From Camelus ferus (lineage: Eukaryota), in NCBI RefSeq assembly GCF_009834535.1, contig NC_045697.1:92444001-92508000 (forward strand): 64,000 nt of DNA. Reading direction: 5' to 3'. The notes under the pieces are model-generated. The model did no database searches. It was given only the letters and a program-made list of their open reading frames with translations, and was not told the DNA's origin. The position numbers were made by a program, and so were the translations under genes. Shown here one piece after another: positions 28,330 to 41,040 of this stretch (position 1 is its first letter; each line of letters starts with the position of its first letter).

Positions 28330-28650
28330 CTAAATACGCTGACAGTGGAAGACTTTCTGAAGATGTAGCATTGGATCTAAGTCCTTAAGACTGTGAGAGA
28401 TTAAACAAAGTGTAAATCCAGGGAAGAGTGGAGGGAATAGTCAGTGCATGGGCTCAGAAACTTGAAAGGCCTTTAAGTGGTTAACGAATACAAGAGAACT
28501 GTTGGAAACTGTTGAGCTAAAGACCAAGAAGAGATGAGTTTGAGAAGGTAGAGTTCTGATCACATGGGATTCTGTACATCACAGTTAGGAATTTAATTTT
28601 TTTATTCAAAGTGTAATGGGAAGAAATAGGAAGTTTTAACCAGTTCTGCT
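28330..28650 (-). mobile_element. L2 fragment
   Basis: gaagactttctgaagatgtagcatt ... ggaatttaattttttattcaaagtgtaatgggaag. Confidence 0.6.
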
Positions 28651-28814
28651 CTGGGTGGGCAGGATAGAGGTAGTGATCAGTAGTTACTAGAGTTTTAGTT
28701 TTGAAAGGTCTGCTAAACAATGGGTTGTAGCGAAGTTACGAAAGAAGAGAGACCTATTAAACTTCAAAATGGTTAGAGTAATTTCCTAAGATATTTAATA
28801 TTTTACTAGGAATT

Positions 28815-29030
28815 TTATAACAGCAAACATTTTATAGCACTTCTTATGTGTAAGATCCCACTGCCAATACTTTCCATATATTGACTGATTAAATTTTTAC
28901 AGTATTTATATAAAGCTTCCCAATTTTATAAACAAAGAAATTAGGGTACAGAGAGGTTAAGGAACTTGCCCTAGGTTACACAGGTAGGATGTGGTGGAAT
29001 CAGTAATTGAACCTATAATATTTAACTTCA
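28815..29030 (-). mobile_element. MIR SINE
   Basis: caattttataaacaaagaaattagggtacagagaggttaaggaacttgccctaggttacacag is the reverse MIR core. Confidence 0.9.
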
Positions 29031-29804
29031 GATTTAATTGTATGATTTGATTTTTAAAATTTGTTTTTCTCCTAAGTATATTAGTTTCTAAAGTATTAGA
29101 AGGCAAAGACTGGCTTTCCATTTCTTGCATATACAGCTGCTTAGTTTATAGTACACTACTTAAGATCCCAGACCAGCTATACCACATGAAGAATAAAGAC
29201 CATGAACTTTTCTTCTCCCATACACATCACCAAAACTTGGGAACCAAAATTAAGATCTCAATAAATGTTGCTAATTGACTGGTTAAATATACTGTAAGCC
29301 AATTACTGTATATTTACTGTTAGAAGTTTCTGAGAGATATATAGACAGAGATTTAGATAATTCAAAATATAATTTTGTTATTAGTTTTTGAATTACTTTT
29401 CTCCTCATATTCAGTGAGACAGTTAAATATATTTGAATTTAGTTTATTATTTTAATTATTGACAGTCAATTCCTACAGCTAGGGATATCTCAATGAGATG
29501 AGAAATTAAAAATTGGTCTAAGGAACCTGTCTGAAGTTGTGAAGGTACAACATAGTCAAAAGCAGCATGTAGGAAGTGTAGGTGAGCATATGGAAATAAT
29601 GAAACTTACACATGTGGGCATATGAATTTGTACACATCTCACTTTGAAGAAATGTTAGAAACAACTATGAGGTTTGAAAAGGCGCCTATCCTTAACAAGC
29701 CATTCTGCATGTTTTAAATAAATATGTGTGTGTATGTATACATGTGGATAATAAAAATAATAGACATTTTAGAGAAATTTTGACAATGAAGAAAAGATAT
29801 TAAT

Positions 29805-30295
29805 TCCAGCATAATTGACAATATGTAAAAATTAGAAACAACTTAAATATCCACCATGTGGGATTAATAACAAAATTGTAACTGAATCATACAGTGGAAT
29901 AATTTACAGTAGTTAAAATGGTTGGGCTGTATGTTAGCATGGATAAGTCTGGAAAGAATGTTGAGCAAAATAAGATTACAAAAAGATACATACATTAAGA
30001 TAGTCTGTATTTATTACAATACCTTAGAAAATAATATATGCTGTTTAAAGTAAAGTAAATACAGGAAAAGAACGAACAAAAAGAATGGACTTCAACTTCA
30101 GGATAATGGTTACCTCTGGGGAGGGTGAATGGGATGAGGTAATATTGCACATGTCTGTATCATTTCAGTTCTTTACAGAAAATAAAGTATAGCAAGAATG
30201 AGAAAAATATTACCACATTAAAACAGGTGTGGATATATAAAGGTGTCAAATTATATTATAAACATGGAGTTTTACCATGTTTGCAATATAACACA
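29805..30295 (+). mobile_element. L1ME-like 3' end
   Basis: aaaattagaaacaacttaaatatcca ... catacagtggaata ... caggataatggttacctctggggagg. Confidence 0.7.
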
Positions 30296-30714
30296 AACAA
30301 AAATCCTTCCACATTTCCCAGATTAACTGAAAAGGTCAATTTTGTGCCTTGGTAAATATATTTTAAAGGGTTATGGCCATACCTAACACTGAAATCTGCT
30401 TTTGATTTTTTTATCTACTTTTTAGTTTTTCAAAATTAACATGTTTGCTATTTTATATGTAGATTTATAGATAGCCTGTGTGTTCAGGAGTTATGTCTAA
30501 AGTATTTATCCAGTCCCAAAAGTCCATAATTCATAATTGCCCTCACGTTCAAGCACTCCAGAATGGCATCAAAATCTTTTTGAAGATAGAATGCCATTTT
30601 TATTAAGATCCAATTTTGGAGAAATTGAATTATCTGCATTTTACTTTTTTTTTTGTCCCAAAACTATTTCACTCTAATCAGTACCAACCCCAGCCAGGCA
30701 GCCTTTACCTTCCC

Positions 30715-30990
30715 CTTTTTATTATTATTATTAGAGTATAATTAAAAAACAGAATTATAAGATATTTAAAGTGTGCAATGAGATGATTTCATTTATGTTC
30801 ACATTGGGAAAGAATTCCCATCCTTTACCTCAAAAACTTACCTTTTTTTTTTTTTTTTGAGATTATTTAGTTCTTATTCTCTTAGGAAGTTTCATAAAAC
30901 AATACATGTTATCAACTTAATCACATTAGATCCTCAGATCTTAATCATCTTATAACTGAAAGTTTGTATCCTTTTATCAACCTATCTGTG
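30715..30990 (-). mobile_element. L1 3' UTR (L1MA9-like)
   Basis: ataagatatttaaagtgtgcaa ... cattagatcctcagatcttaatcatcttataactgaaagtttgtatcctttt. Confidence 0.85.
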
Positions 30991-31039
30991 TAAAAAAAGC
31001 AGATAAATAGACTACCAAAACATAAAACTGTAAAGTCAT

Positions 31040-31270
31040 TACAGTAAATGCTTGTTAAGCAATTAAGTGAAGTATATTTCCTGATGCCAGTCTAATAGCT
31101 TCCATATAAAGTAGATACTGTTGTTAGCAATACAGATAAAGAATCCAAGACTTAGAAAGATTAAGTAACTTGACCAAGTTCACATATCTCAGAAACACCA
31201 GTGTGGTTTTAAACCTAAATCCTTCTGATTGCAGAGTCATCATCTTAGCGGTCATACCATACTGCTGCAC
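31040..31270 (-). mobile_element. MIR SINE
   Basis: tacagataaagaatccaagacttagaaagattaagtaacttgaccaagttcaca. Confidence 0.8.
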
Positions 31271-34200
31271 AAGCAGAAGCCTCCTGAAATTGTTTGGGCC
31301 TCTGAGATATGTGCAATTAATATACCATCAAAGTATATTTCTTGGCTCTTTCTTTGTGTGCAGTTCAACAACTCAAGTCCTGTTCATAGCTATTAACTTT
31401 GTAACCCATTCAAAGAAAGTGGCTAAAGCAATTTAAATTTTTCTTAAATATTGGATAAATGCCAATGAAAACTTAATTTTGAGAGGAAATTAAATCTCAA
31501 AATTTTGAGAGGAAATTAAATCGGAGTAATACATCCGAACAGTTGGATTTAATTAATATTCACATAACACCCGTTTTAAGTGAAGGAACAAATGGAATAT
31601 AATTTTGCAATGTAATTAACATTTTAAAATGTGCCTTTTATTTATCTCTGAATAATTATGAGATTTAAAAATGTCTATACTGCTTATAATAAAATCCATT
31701 TTTAAAATGCAGCTATTTACATTATTATATTAGAGATATTTTAGTGAAGATCAAAGAAAATAAAGATTAAAGTTTTAATACAAGAATGGAGATAATCAGA
31801 TGATTTAGAAACATATATGCATATGTATATTTCAGAAGCCATAATATTCTAAAGTTATTGTTTATTTTCATTACCTATTAAAAGCCTTCATACTATAAAT
31901 TATTTGTTATAACTTATTTTATCATTTCATATATAAATATAAATAATTCTGTATTACAATTAACTTTCCATTCATAGTTATACACAATATAATAAATATC
32001 ATATTTAAAATGAAGCTAATACATGTATATCTGAAGTATGTCATATTTAGATTCTTACAAAAATAATTACATTTTTCAGAAAAGAGTAAGTTTATAGCTA
32101 TATAAAATAATAATCTGAAGATAATTTAGCTTTTGTAATAGTATTGTTAAAGATACAGTATTGTAAATTTATACTACTTCCCTGCGTTAGATCTGTTCTG
32201 TTTGTTTTAGTTTATATTTATTTTTAGACCTTTTTTCTTTTCATTAAAAAGAGATTTGTGATTAAGCATTATTTATTTCCTCTTGTCTGGCAGCTCACTT
32301 TACAGGTAGAACACTTAGATTGGCACATTACTTTTTCCTTCTCTTGTTCTCATTAGCAGGGAGTTTTAATCTCTTTCCTGTGCCTTTCTGAATAATCACA
32401 CTATATCACTATCCTAGTGGGATCTAAACAAAAGATTGAGTAGAAAATTAGGATCACAACCAAGTAGGTTTAAGAATAAGGTCATATTAATGAAAAATCA
32501 ATAGAACATACAAAGAGGCATTTTAAAATCAGTTTGATGCTCGTTTGTGTGGTGTTTATGTTACAATTTCTGTGATTCCACTACTTTTCAGTAGAAATCT
32601 AAGATAATACAGTTACTTTTCCATCCCCAGAAAGCATACCATATTGAGCTCTATAGGTCCCATGAATTTGATTTCAGTCCTTATTAACTTGGTCAGTACT
32701 ATTCTTCATGATTGTAGGGGTCTTACTATGCTTATATAAGTTATGTTCTGAGTTACGATGTTGCTTTTCATTCTTCTTGCCTTTATTCATATAGACATGG
32801 CTAAAATAATAATGTAGGAAAGATGGGTTTTCTTCATCATAGTGAGGCTGGCATTAAAGGCCTTGGAGATTCCAGTGCAGCCATGTGGAGAGAGGATGGA
32901 ATGCCTGAGAATCAGCCTCTTGACCTGCTGCCAGCTTAGGGATTATTGTTATACAGGAAGTGCCCAGCTGGGTGTGAGATGGTGCAGACAAGAGGAAAGA
33001 GAGTGAGGAGTGCAGCATGGAGTAAGCATTTCACAGATCAGTCTTCCAGGAAGGCAAGAAGTGTTATATAACACAGGTTGGATAATACAAAGTTTTCCAT
33101 GAAAATCAAAACAAAATTTTAATTGATAAAGTAACTGTTTACCTAGCATTTATTGTTCCAAAGACTAAGAGCAATATAAGACCCTCAAGATTGGGACGTT
33201 AGAAACCAGAGTCCACACAGTAAGGAACAAGAGCACTGTGGACTTGCTGTAGAGACATCACAGAATTTCAAGCAAGAAAACTGCAACTTTTATTATGATC
33301 AGGTGTTGGCAGCACCGATTATCAGTTGTTTTCAGCTCTTCAAGGTGGACAGTAAAGTAATAACAGATTAAACCCCTATTAAACATTTATTAATTTCTTA
33401 GTAACTAAATGTTTATTAATTTCTTAAATGTTTAATAAGTTAAACATTTATTAATTTCTAATTCATTTATTAATTTCTGATATTGTCAATATGGTAAACA
33501 GTGAACTAAGTATTTTGCTTGCATGTATTGCATTATATTATTTGATTCTCAAAACAATCCTCAAAATAGAATATAGAATCTCTAGTTTCTAAAAAAAGGA
33601 AGCATACTCAGAGAAAAAACAAATAAAAAGTGGCTAAGTCATTAGCCTGTTCTCAAAGTCAGTAGACCATATTGCCTGAAAGATAGTGGAATCAAATCAA
33701 ATCCCTCCCAATTTAGTGTACGTGACTTGAATAGTAAATAATGTTCAGGCCTGAATGCAGAGTAGGGATATAGTTGTTCCTTAACTATTGTTAACAATTT
33801 TTTGTCATGTTGATAAAATACTAAGTTTAAAAGCTCTCAGATGTTGTTTCATTTCTGTGTTTCTATTAATATCTATAACTTGGCTAGCTTTATTCTACCT
33901 GGAAATAAAAGCCAAAATTCTGTGGCCCAGAGTGGGAAAACCGGACAGATAGGCCTATCCTCTGATATTTCCATTCATTCACTCATTTGTTTATGAAACA
34001 GGCTAATGATACTAAATATCATGAAGCATAAAAACATGGTTCCTTTTATCATGGATATTACAGAATTTTGATTTAATAAAATTTAATTACCTGAGTGTTC
34101 AGTAGATCTTACTAATACATTACCATTTTCATACAGATTGAAAGAATAATTCCTTCAAAGCATACCTCTACTCTATATTTAGCAGATCTGTCCATTGCAG

Positions 34201-34845
34201 GTAGGGGGACCAAATGTGCAGAGATGGCAGGGCTCAGACAGAAGCGATAAATATTACTGAAAAGAGAACCCAAAGCTGTAACTTACTACCTGTGAAATTT
34301 ACTGCAGCCGTCTGGAGACTGCATTATTGCACAGTATTAAGTACATGTTGAGGAGACACTGAAGGACAGCGGATTGAAAGGCTGAGAACTTTCCTCTGTG
34401 GCTCTCTCATGTCTTTATTCTCTGCAACTGTTCTTTTCTACGCACATTTGCTCTTGACATTTAGTGCCTATCCCTTCCCACTCTGCTAGATAAAATCCAG
34501 ATTGTCTGAGCAATGAATGCCATGTGCAAGATAATACCTCTGTTTCCAAACAAGCTGAATTTTGGATGAACCTTGAACCTCCTGCTAAAGCTCTATTCAA
34601 TATTCCAGCTTCAGGCAGGAAGTTAGAACATCCCTTAAGAGCTTTCTCATCCCAACATTTTTTAATGTTCTTCTTGGTTGTCTTCAATGGCACTTATTTG
34701 GAGACTTGTACAATGCCTGAAAGAAAAAAGAAAAAAATCTAAAATACACATTGTTGATTTTCCTTTATAGGTAGAATCAGTGTCTTGTTATAGCATGTGC
34801 TTTTTATTCCCACTATCTTCCTGTCTTTCTGCAGAGCATTTAGAG

Positions 34846-35063
34846 CAGTGGTTCTCAACCAAGTGGGAATCTCCTCCCTAAGGGACTTTGGGTAATGTCC
34901 AGGGATATTTTTGGTTGTCACATCTGAAAAGGGGCTATGCTTCTGGCATCTGGGGTTGGAGACCAGGGATGCCCCTAAACATCCAACAATGCACAAGACA
35001 GCCTCCCACAACAGAAAATTATCCAGTTCAAAATGTCAGTAGCACTGATGTTAAGTCACTTTG
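34846..35063 (+). mobile_element. MER20 (hAT-Charlie non-autonomous DNA transposon), full length
   Basis: Starts cagtggttctcaacc, spans 218 bp, and is flanked by a perfect 8-bp TSD ATTTAGAG (34838-34845 and 35064-35071), the size expected for hAT elements. Confidence 0.96.
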
Positions 35064-36774
35064 ATTTAGAGGAAGGAATTTAGTTACTACTTAAGAAATA
35101 TAGTTTTCAGCAAATATTTAAAATGAAGATATTTTTAAATTCTATTTAGGTTATAAAATTTATCTAAAGGTATTCAAGCTTCATTTCCCGCCAGCATGAA
35201 ACATAGTTGATCTTCAAAAACCTGGATTTTAAAATAAGTTCCTATCATTTAAAGAAATTTTAACATTCTCAAAACTCTTACATATTTCTATTCCATTTAG
35301 CACATCTCCATAATTAGCTCCATTTTTTTCCCAAATATATGAGATTGACACTAATAATGTGACTTATTTGTGCTGATTAAATTGTCTCCTAATTATAAAA
35401 GGCTAAAAATAGGACTAAAAATTCATTTTGCATAGTTAAATACTTTTTAACTAACAAAACTGATTTTCTTGTTAAATATAAAAATGATTGCTTTTCCTTT
35501 TGATTGCACGTGTACATTTAAACTTTTTAAATTGTTTGTACTAATATGTATTAGCATTAGACCCTTAAGAAGCAATCTTTCATTTCACATATGTAATATT
35601 GGTCCCATTTTTAGCATCAATATTCATGTTCTGACTAAAAGCACAATTAACCATTACATATTTTTTAATATGTGAAAGTTTCAAAACTATAATTAGGCAC
35701 AGTTTAAAATGTAGAAGTGATGTAGATATAAGGGTTTTATTAACAAAAAAGAGAAATGAGATTTTGAGCTAAAATTTTATGTTCAAATTTGAGAAAATTA
35801 ACACTAGCTTAAGAACAGTATATTATACAGAAACATTAAGTCAAAGTCAAAAATGACAAGGCAAGATTCCTGAAAAATAAGAACTCTTCTGCAGAATATA
35901 ATCCTATTTCTCAATTTTAATAAAAATGAAATTGTTAGTCATCCATTCATATCTATAGTTTTAATCTTTTTCACTAACTGGATCAATCCAACAAACATTT
36001 ATCCAGTATAAGAAGCTTCTAGAACAGAATGAATCGAAATCTCTCTAATCTAATATGTCAGAACATTTCTTCAAAAGACTGTGTGTGTATGTATTTTGCC
36101 CTCAAAATAGAGCAGGCGTGTGTGTGTGTGTGTATGCATGTGTCCTCTCAATGTCCATTATTGTAGAGTGTATCTATGTCAGCCTGAAAAAAAGTGTGGT
36201 GGAGAAGCAGTGATGGGACTCTTAGGGGAAAATCGAGTATGAGAAATTACAGTCTCCATGTCCACATTTAAAATTTGTTTGTAGCTCTTCAACTGAGTCC
36301 CTTTAGTGTGTTACATGAGTGACATGGATTCTGTTTTCTCACTAGCTTCACATGATTAAGAGTTTTGTAGAAATGTTGTTTTATTTATAAGTCATTAACT
36401 CACGGACAGTTTTTATCAAAGGAAAGACAGTGATAGTAGCCTATCCATGCTGCAGACAGTAAGAGGTACCCATAATTTGTGGAAAATTTTGAAACTTTAA
36501 AACAATAATAAAGCCAACTAAGAATTTGGTCTGCTTTTTTTTTTCCCCCACCATGCACTGATAATTCTGAATAATGTCATGATAAAATATTTCTCCCCTG
36601 AGGACAGACTGCTCCCACTGTTAGCCATCCCTGTTGGTAGGCCATTGCTCATGAACAGCTTTCCTAATTACCCAGGTTAGACAGATACTCTTATCCATTT
36701 CCTTACAACCATAATCTTTACCTTAGTGCTTCCCACAATTAAAATAATTAATTACATACTTGATTAATCATGTG

Positions 36775-36920
36775 ACACTTTTCCCCCTCTAAGATTATGA
36801 TCTTCAAGAAAGCAAGCAAAACTCATATTGAGTCTTACATATGTAGATCCTCAATGAATACTTAAGAAATGAATGTATGAATGATAAATTGCTGAAGAAT
36901 GAGTGAATGAATGAATAAAA
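36775..36920 (+). mobile_element. L2 3' end
   Basis: taagattatgatcttcaagaaagcaag ... tcaatgaatac ... gaatgaatgaataaaa tail. Confidence 0.6.
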
Positions 36921-37078
36921 CATTCATTAAACATTCCTGAACATTTTCAAGAATTGTGTCTAGATTTTAAAACCCTGAATCATAACTATCATTTATCTAG
37001 GCATCTCTAATGGATTAGATAATTCATTCTCAACTTAGTCTTTATTTAGCTGAGACACTGTAAAATGAACTTGACTAA

Positions 37079-37614
37079 TGTCACAAAGAAGAGATTTTTC
37101 CCTACCCGTCTAAGTTCTCTGGCTGGTCTAAGAATTACATTGACATGAGACGATTAACAGGAGAAAAATCAAACAAAAGTTTAATAATGTATATGCATGA
37201 GAGAGACCCAGGAAAACTGAGTATTTCACCAAAAAGGCCAACTACCTCACCTTAAATAACATCTTCAGCTAAAGACAAAAGAGGATGTTGGGGGTAGTGG
37301 TTTGGGATTTCAAAAAGGAGTAAGGCAGTTCACATGGAGATGGAAAAGCAAATGTCTGGTAAATAGATGTTTGTTGGGCTGACAGAGTGAACTCTGATCT
37401 TTAGGCCCTGCCCAATTTCCCACACCACAACCAGCCTGTATTCTTTGAGGCTGTCCCTTGCTCTATTCCAGGAATAGGACCTCTATCTAAATTAGACAGC
37501 TAAGGGGAAGGTAAAAAGATTTCCTGAGTCTTCTGTGTCTTAAAAATAATCTGCTCAAATTAATCCTTATGCCAAAGAGACACATTTTGGAGTGGCAAAT
37601 TTTGCTCACCTACA
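37079..37614 (-). mobile_element. ERV1 solo LTR (MER34/MER39-like group)
   Basis: TG...CA termini with a perfect 4-bp TSD CTAA (37075-37078 and 37615-37618); the reverse strand begins tgtaggtgagcaaaatttgccactccaaaatgtgtctctttggcataagg. Confidence 0.92.
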
Positions 37615-37796
37615 CTAAGCAATGTTTGAAGGTCCAACAGTTTTTATACTTTCTCATGAAACTGAAGGTAAGATAATCTGACTACTCTCTTTTTTTTTAA
37701 ATTCTTCTAATGAAGATATCAAGCTGACATTGATTTATTAATATTACTTGATAAACACATTATATATTTTAAAAAACTTATTCTGCTCAATTTTTT

Positions 37797-37971
37797 TTTA
37801 CCAATTCCAAGCTCATATTGCTTACTGCAGGACAAACCAGTAAATAAAGAGACTAGTTGTTGGGGTAAGGAATAGGACTTTGTTCAGAAAGCCAGCAGGC
37901 TGAAAAAATTGTGAACTAGTGTCCTAAAAACCATCTTACTGGAGCTAGAATTCAGACTTCTTTTATATTAA

Positions 37972-38009
<38 letters not shown>

Positions 38010-38110
38010 CTGGTTGTTGCAAACTTTCTGGTATAGGAATCCTTTGTTCTTGCAGCAGTCCACATAGGTCTCATCACAATGTTCCTGTAAACTTCCAACA
38101 AGGCAAATGT
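37797..38110 (-). mobile_element. Partial ERV1-type LTR containing a (GT)n tract
   Basis: ttaccaattccaagctcatattgct ... gagactagttgttggggtaaggaataggactttgttcagaaagccagcag resembles a cetartiodactyl LTR end in reverse. Confidence 0.7.
37974..38007. repeat. (GT)17 microsatellite
   Basis: Directly visible. Confidence 0.97.
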
Positions 38111-38616
38111 GTTTATTACAAGAGAAGCAGTTGCCAAAATGAATGACCTATAGAAAACTTGGCCCTGAGTTAAATAGGAGAGATGAAATAGGAGATGTGC
38201 ATAGCAAGTGATCTTTAAACTGTTAATGTATTTTAATAGCTTAATCACTACCAATTTCAAGAGGAAGAGGTAGGAAGAGGAAAGAGGAGCAATGCTTCCC
38301 TCAGCATTGCTTCCATATTTAGTCAGATTTTCCATTACTGCTCCAGGCAGGAACATGAGGATAGGAGACACAATCCCACATACCTGATTCATTAGTAAAG
38401 AGTACTGTATACCTTCAGGGTGCAAGAGAAATGAGAAATAATTAGATTTAAACACTTCAAATGCAAAACTAGCATTAATTTTATTTGAAGAAATTATGAT
38501 TTCTTCCTGCACAAGGATTTGGAAGCAGGGAAGCACAGATACTGTTCTGAACTCGTAATTTTATTAGAAAAGCTTAATTGTTAGCTTAAGTCACTGTTCA
38601 ATAAGATCCAATGTGA

Positions 38617-39425
38617 TTTCATTTTGTCGGCGGTTTTCTTTGCTGTGCAAAAGCTTTAGTGTTTAATTAGGTCCCATTTGTTTATTTTTCCTTTTGTTTC
38701 CTTTGCCTTAGGAGACAGAGTCAAAAAAATATTGCTACTATTTATGTCAAAGAGTGTTGTGCCTATGTTCTCTTCTGGGAGTTTTATGATTTCAGGTCTT
38801 ACATTTTGGTATTTAATCCATTTTGAGTTTATTTGTGTATATAGTGTGAGGAAATGTTTTAATCTCACTCTTTCATATGTAGCTGTCCAGTTTTTCCAGC
38901 TTCACTTATTAAAGAAACTGTCTTTTCTCCATTGTATATTCTTGCCTCCCTTGTCATAGATTAATTGAGCATATATGTACATGGGTTTATTTCTGGGCTC
39001 TCTATTCTATTCCACTGACCTGTGTTTCTTTTCTTGTGTCAGTACCATACTGTTTGGATTATGGTAACTTTGTAGTATATGCTGAAGTCTGGGAGCATTA
39101 TACCTCCAGCTTTGTTCTTTTTTCCCCTCAAGCTTGCTTTGGCTGTTTGGGATCTTTTGTGGTTCCATACAAATTGTAGGATTATTTGTTCTAGTTCTGT
39201 GAAAAATGTCATTGGTATTTTGATAGGGATTACATTAAATCTGTAGATTGCTTTGGATAGTAGGGACATTTTTAATATTAATTCATCCAATCCATGAACA
39301 TGGGCTGCTTTTGTATCATCTTCAATTTTATTCATCAGTGTTTCATAGTTTTCAGAGTATAGGTCTTTCACTTCCTTGGTTAAATGTATTCCTAGATATT
39401 TTATTCTTTTTGATGCAATTGTTTA
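38617..39425 (-). mobile_element. Inverted segment of an L1 (ORF2 remnant)
   Basis: Minus-strand ORFs 39039-39371 ([31 protein letters not shown]) and 38656-38868 (YTQINSKWIK, INKWDLIK) are L1 ORF2 motifs. Confidence 0.97.
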
Positions 39426-39426
39426 C

Positions 39427-41040
39427 TTGAAAGATGTTCAACATCACTAATCATTAGGGAAATGCAAATCCAAACCACAGTGAGATATCACCTCATAGCT
39501 GATGGAATGACTATCATCAAAAGTCCACAAATAAGTTTTGATGAGGATGTGGAGAAAAGGGAACTCTAGTGCACCCCTGGTAGGAATTTAAATTGGTGCA
39601 GTCACTATGAAAAACCTATGGTGGTTCCTCAAAAACTAAAAATAGAACTACCATATGATCCAGCAATTCCACTCCTGGGTATATATTCAAAGAAAACAAA
39701 AACATTACTTCAAAAGAGAACCCTCCTATACTGCTGGTGGGAATGCAGTTTGGTGCAGCCACTGCAGAAAACAGTATGGAGATTCCTCAAAAGACTAGGA
39801 ATAGGGTTACCATATGACCCAGTAATCTCACTCCTGGGCATATATACAGAAGGAACCCTACTTCAAAAAGATGCCTGCACCCCAATGTTCATAGCATCAC
39901 TATTTACAATAGCCAAGACATGGAAACAGCCTAAATGTCCATCAACAGATGACTGGATAAAGAAGATGTGGTATATTTATACAATGGAATACTATTCAGC
40001 CATGAAAATGACAACATAACCCCATTTGCAGCAACATGGATGTTCCTGGATAATGTCATTCTAAGTGAAGTAAGCCAGAAAGAGAAAGAAAAATACCATA
40101 TGAAATTGCTCATATCTGGAATCTAAAAGAAATTTAAAAATGAACATAAATACAAAACAGAAACAGATTCATAGACATAGAATACAAACTTGTGGTTGCC
40201 AAGGGGGTGGGGGAGTCAGAAGGGACAGACTGGGATTTCAAAATTTGTAGATACTGACAAGCATATGCAGAATAGATAAACAAGATTATACTGTATAGCA
40301 CAGGGAAATATATACAAGATCTTGTAGCTCACAGTGAAAAAAGAATGTGACTATGAATATATGTATATTCATGTATAATTGAAAAATTGTGCTCTACACT
40401 GGAATTTGACACAACATTGTAAAATGACTATAACTCAATAAAAAATGTTAAATATATATATATATAAAATAAAAAAATAAAGTTGCAAAAAAATCAATTC
40501 AAAAAGATACATGCACCCCAATGTTCATAGGAGCATTATTTATAATAGCCAAGATATAGAAGCAACTAAGATGTCTATCAACAGATGAATGAATAAAGGA
40601 AATGCTTAGCCATAAAAAAGAACAAAGTTTTGCCATTTGCAACAACATGAGTGGACTTGGAGGGTACTATGCTTAGTGAAATAAGCAGACAGAGAAAGGT
40701 AAGTATCATATGGTATCATTTATATGTGGAATCTAAAAAAATAAGTGAGTGTAACGGAACAGAAACAGGCTAACAGATATGGTGAATAAGCTAGTGGTTA
40801 CCAGTGTAGAGAGGGAAGAAGGGAGGGGCAAGATAGGGTAGGGGATTAAGAGGTACAAACTTCCATGTATAAAATAAATAAGCTACAAGGATACATTGTG
40901 TAGCACAGGGAGTATAGCCAATAGTATGTAATAACGTTAAATGGATTATAATCTATAAAAATATTTAATCATTATCTTGTACACCTGGAGCAAATAAAAT
41001 ATTGTAAATAAACAATACTTCAACTTTTTGAAAAAAAATT
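39427..41040 (+). mobile_element. Non-inverted 3' segment of the same L1, interrupted at 39712-40494
   Basis: ORF2 C-terminal sequence (ELPYDPAIPLLGIY) resumes at 40495 (aattcaaaaagatacatgcacccc) and runs through the 3' UTR to an A tail; the whole element has TSD ATCCAATGTGA at 38606-38616 and 41041-41051. Confidence 0.95.
39712..40494 (+). mobile_element. Younger 5'-truncated L1, nested
   Basis: Open ORF2 C-terminus ([15 protein letters not shown]...WKQPKCPSTDDWIKKMWYIYTMEYYSA), a 3' UTR shared with 47915-48250, and an A/TA-rich tail. Confidence 0.95.

Noticed and set aside
33377..33478. Spaced short repeats superficially resembling a CRISPR array
   Set aside because: The context is eukaryotic, the repeats are only 13 bp, the spacers are irregular and derived from the repeat itself, and there are no cas genes.
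37952..38536. Longest ORF in the window (194 aa, minus strand)
   Set aside because: It has a non-ATG start, runs through an LTR and a GT microsatellite (THTHTH), and shows no recognisable domain; consistent with chance.
38656..40019. L1 ORF2-like ORFs as functional CDS
   Set aside because: They are fragmentary, frameshifted, partly inverted and lack the EN and RT core; retrotransposon remnants.
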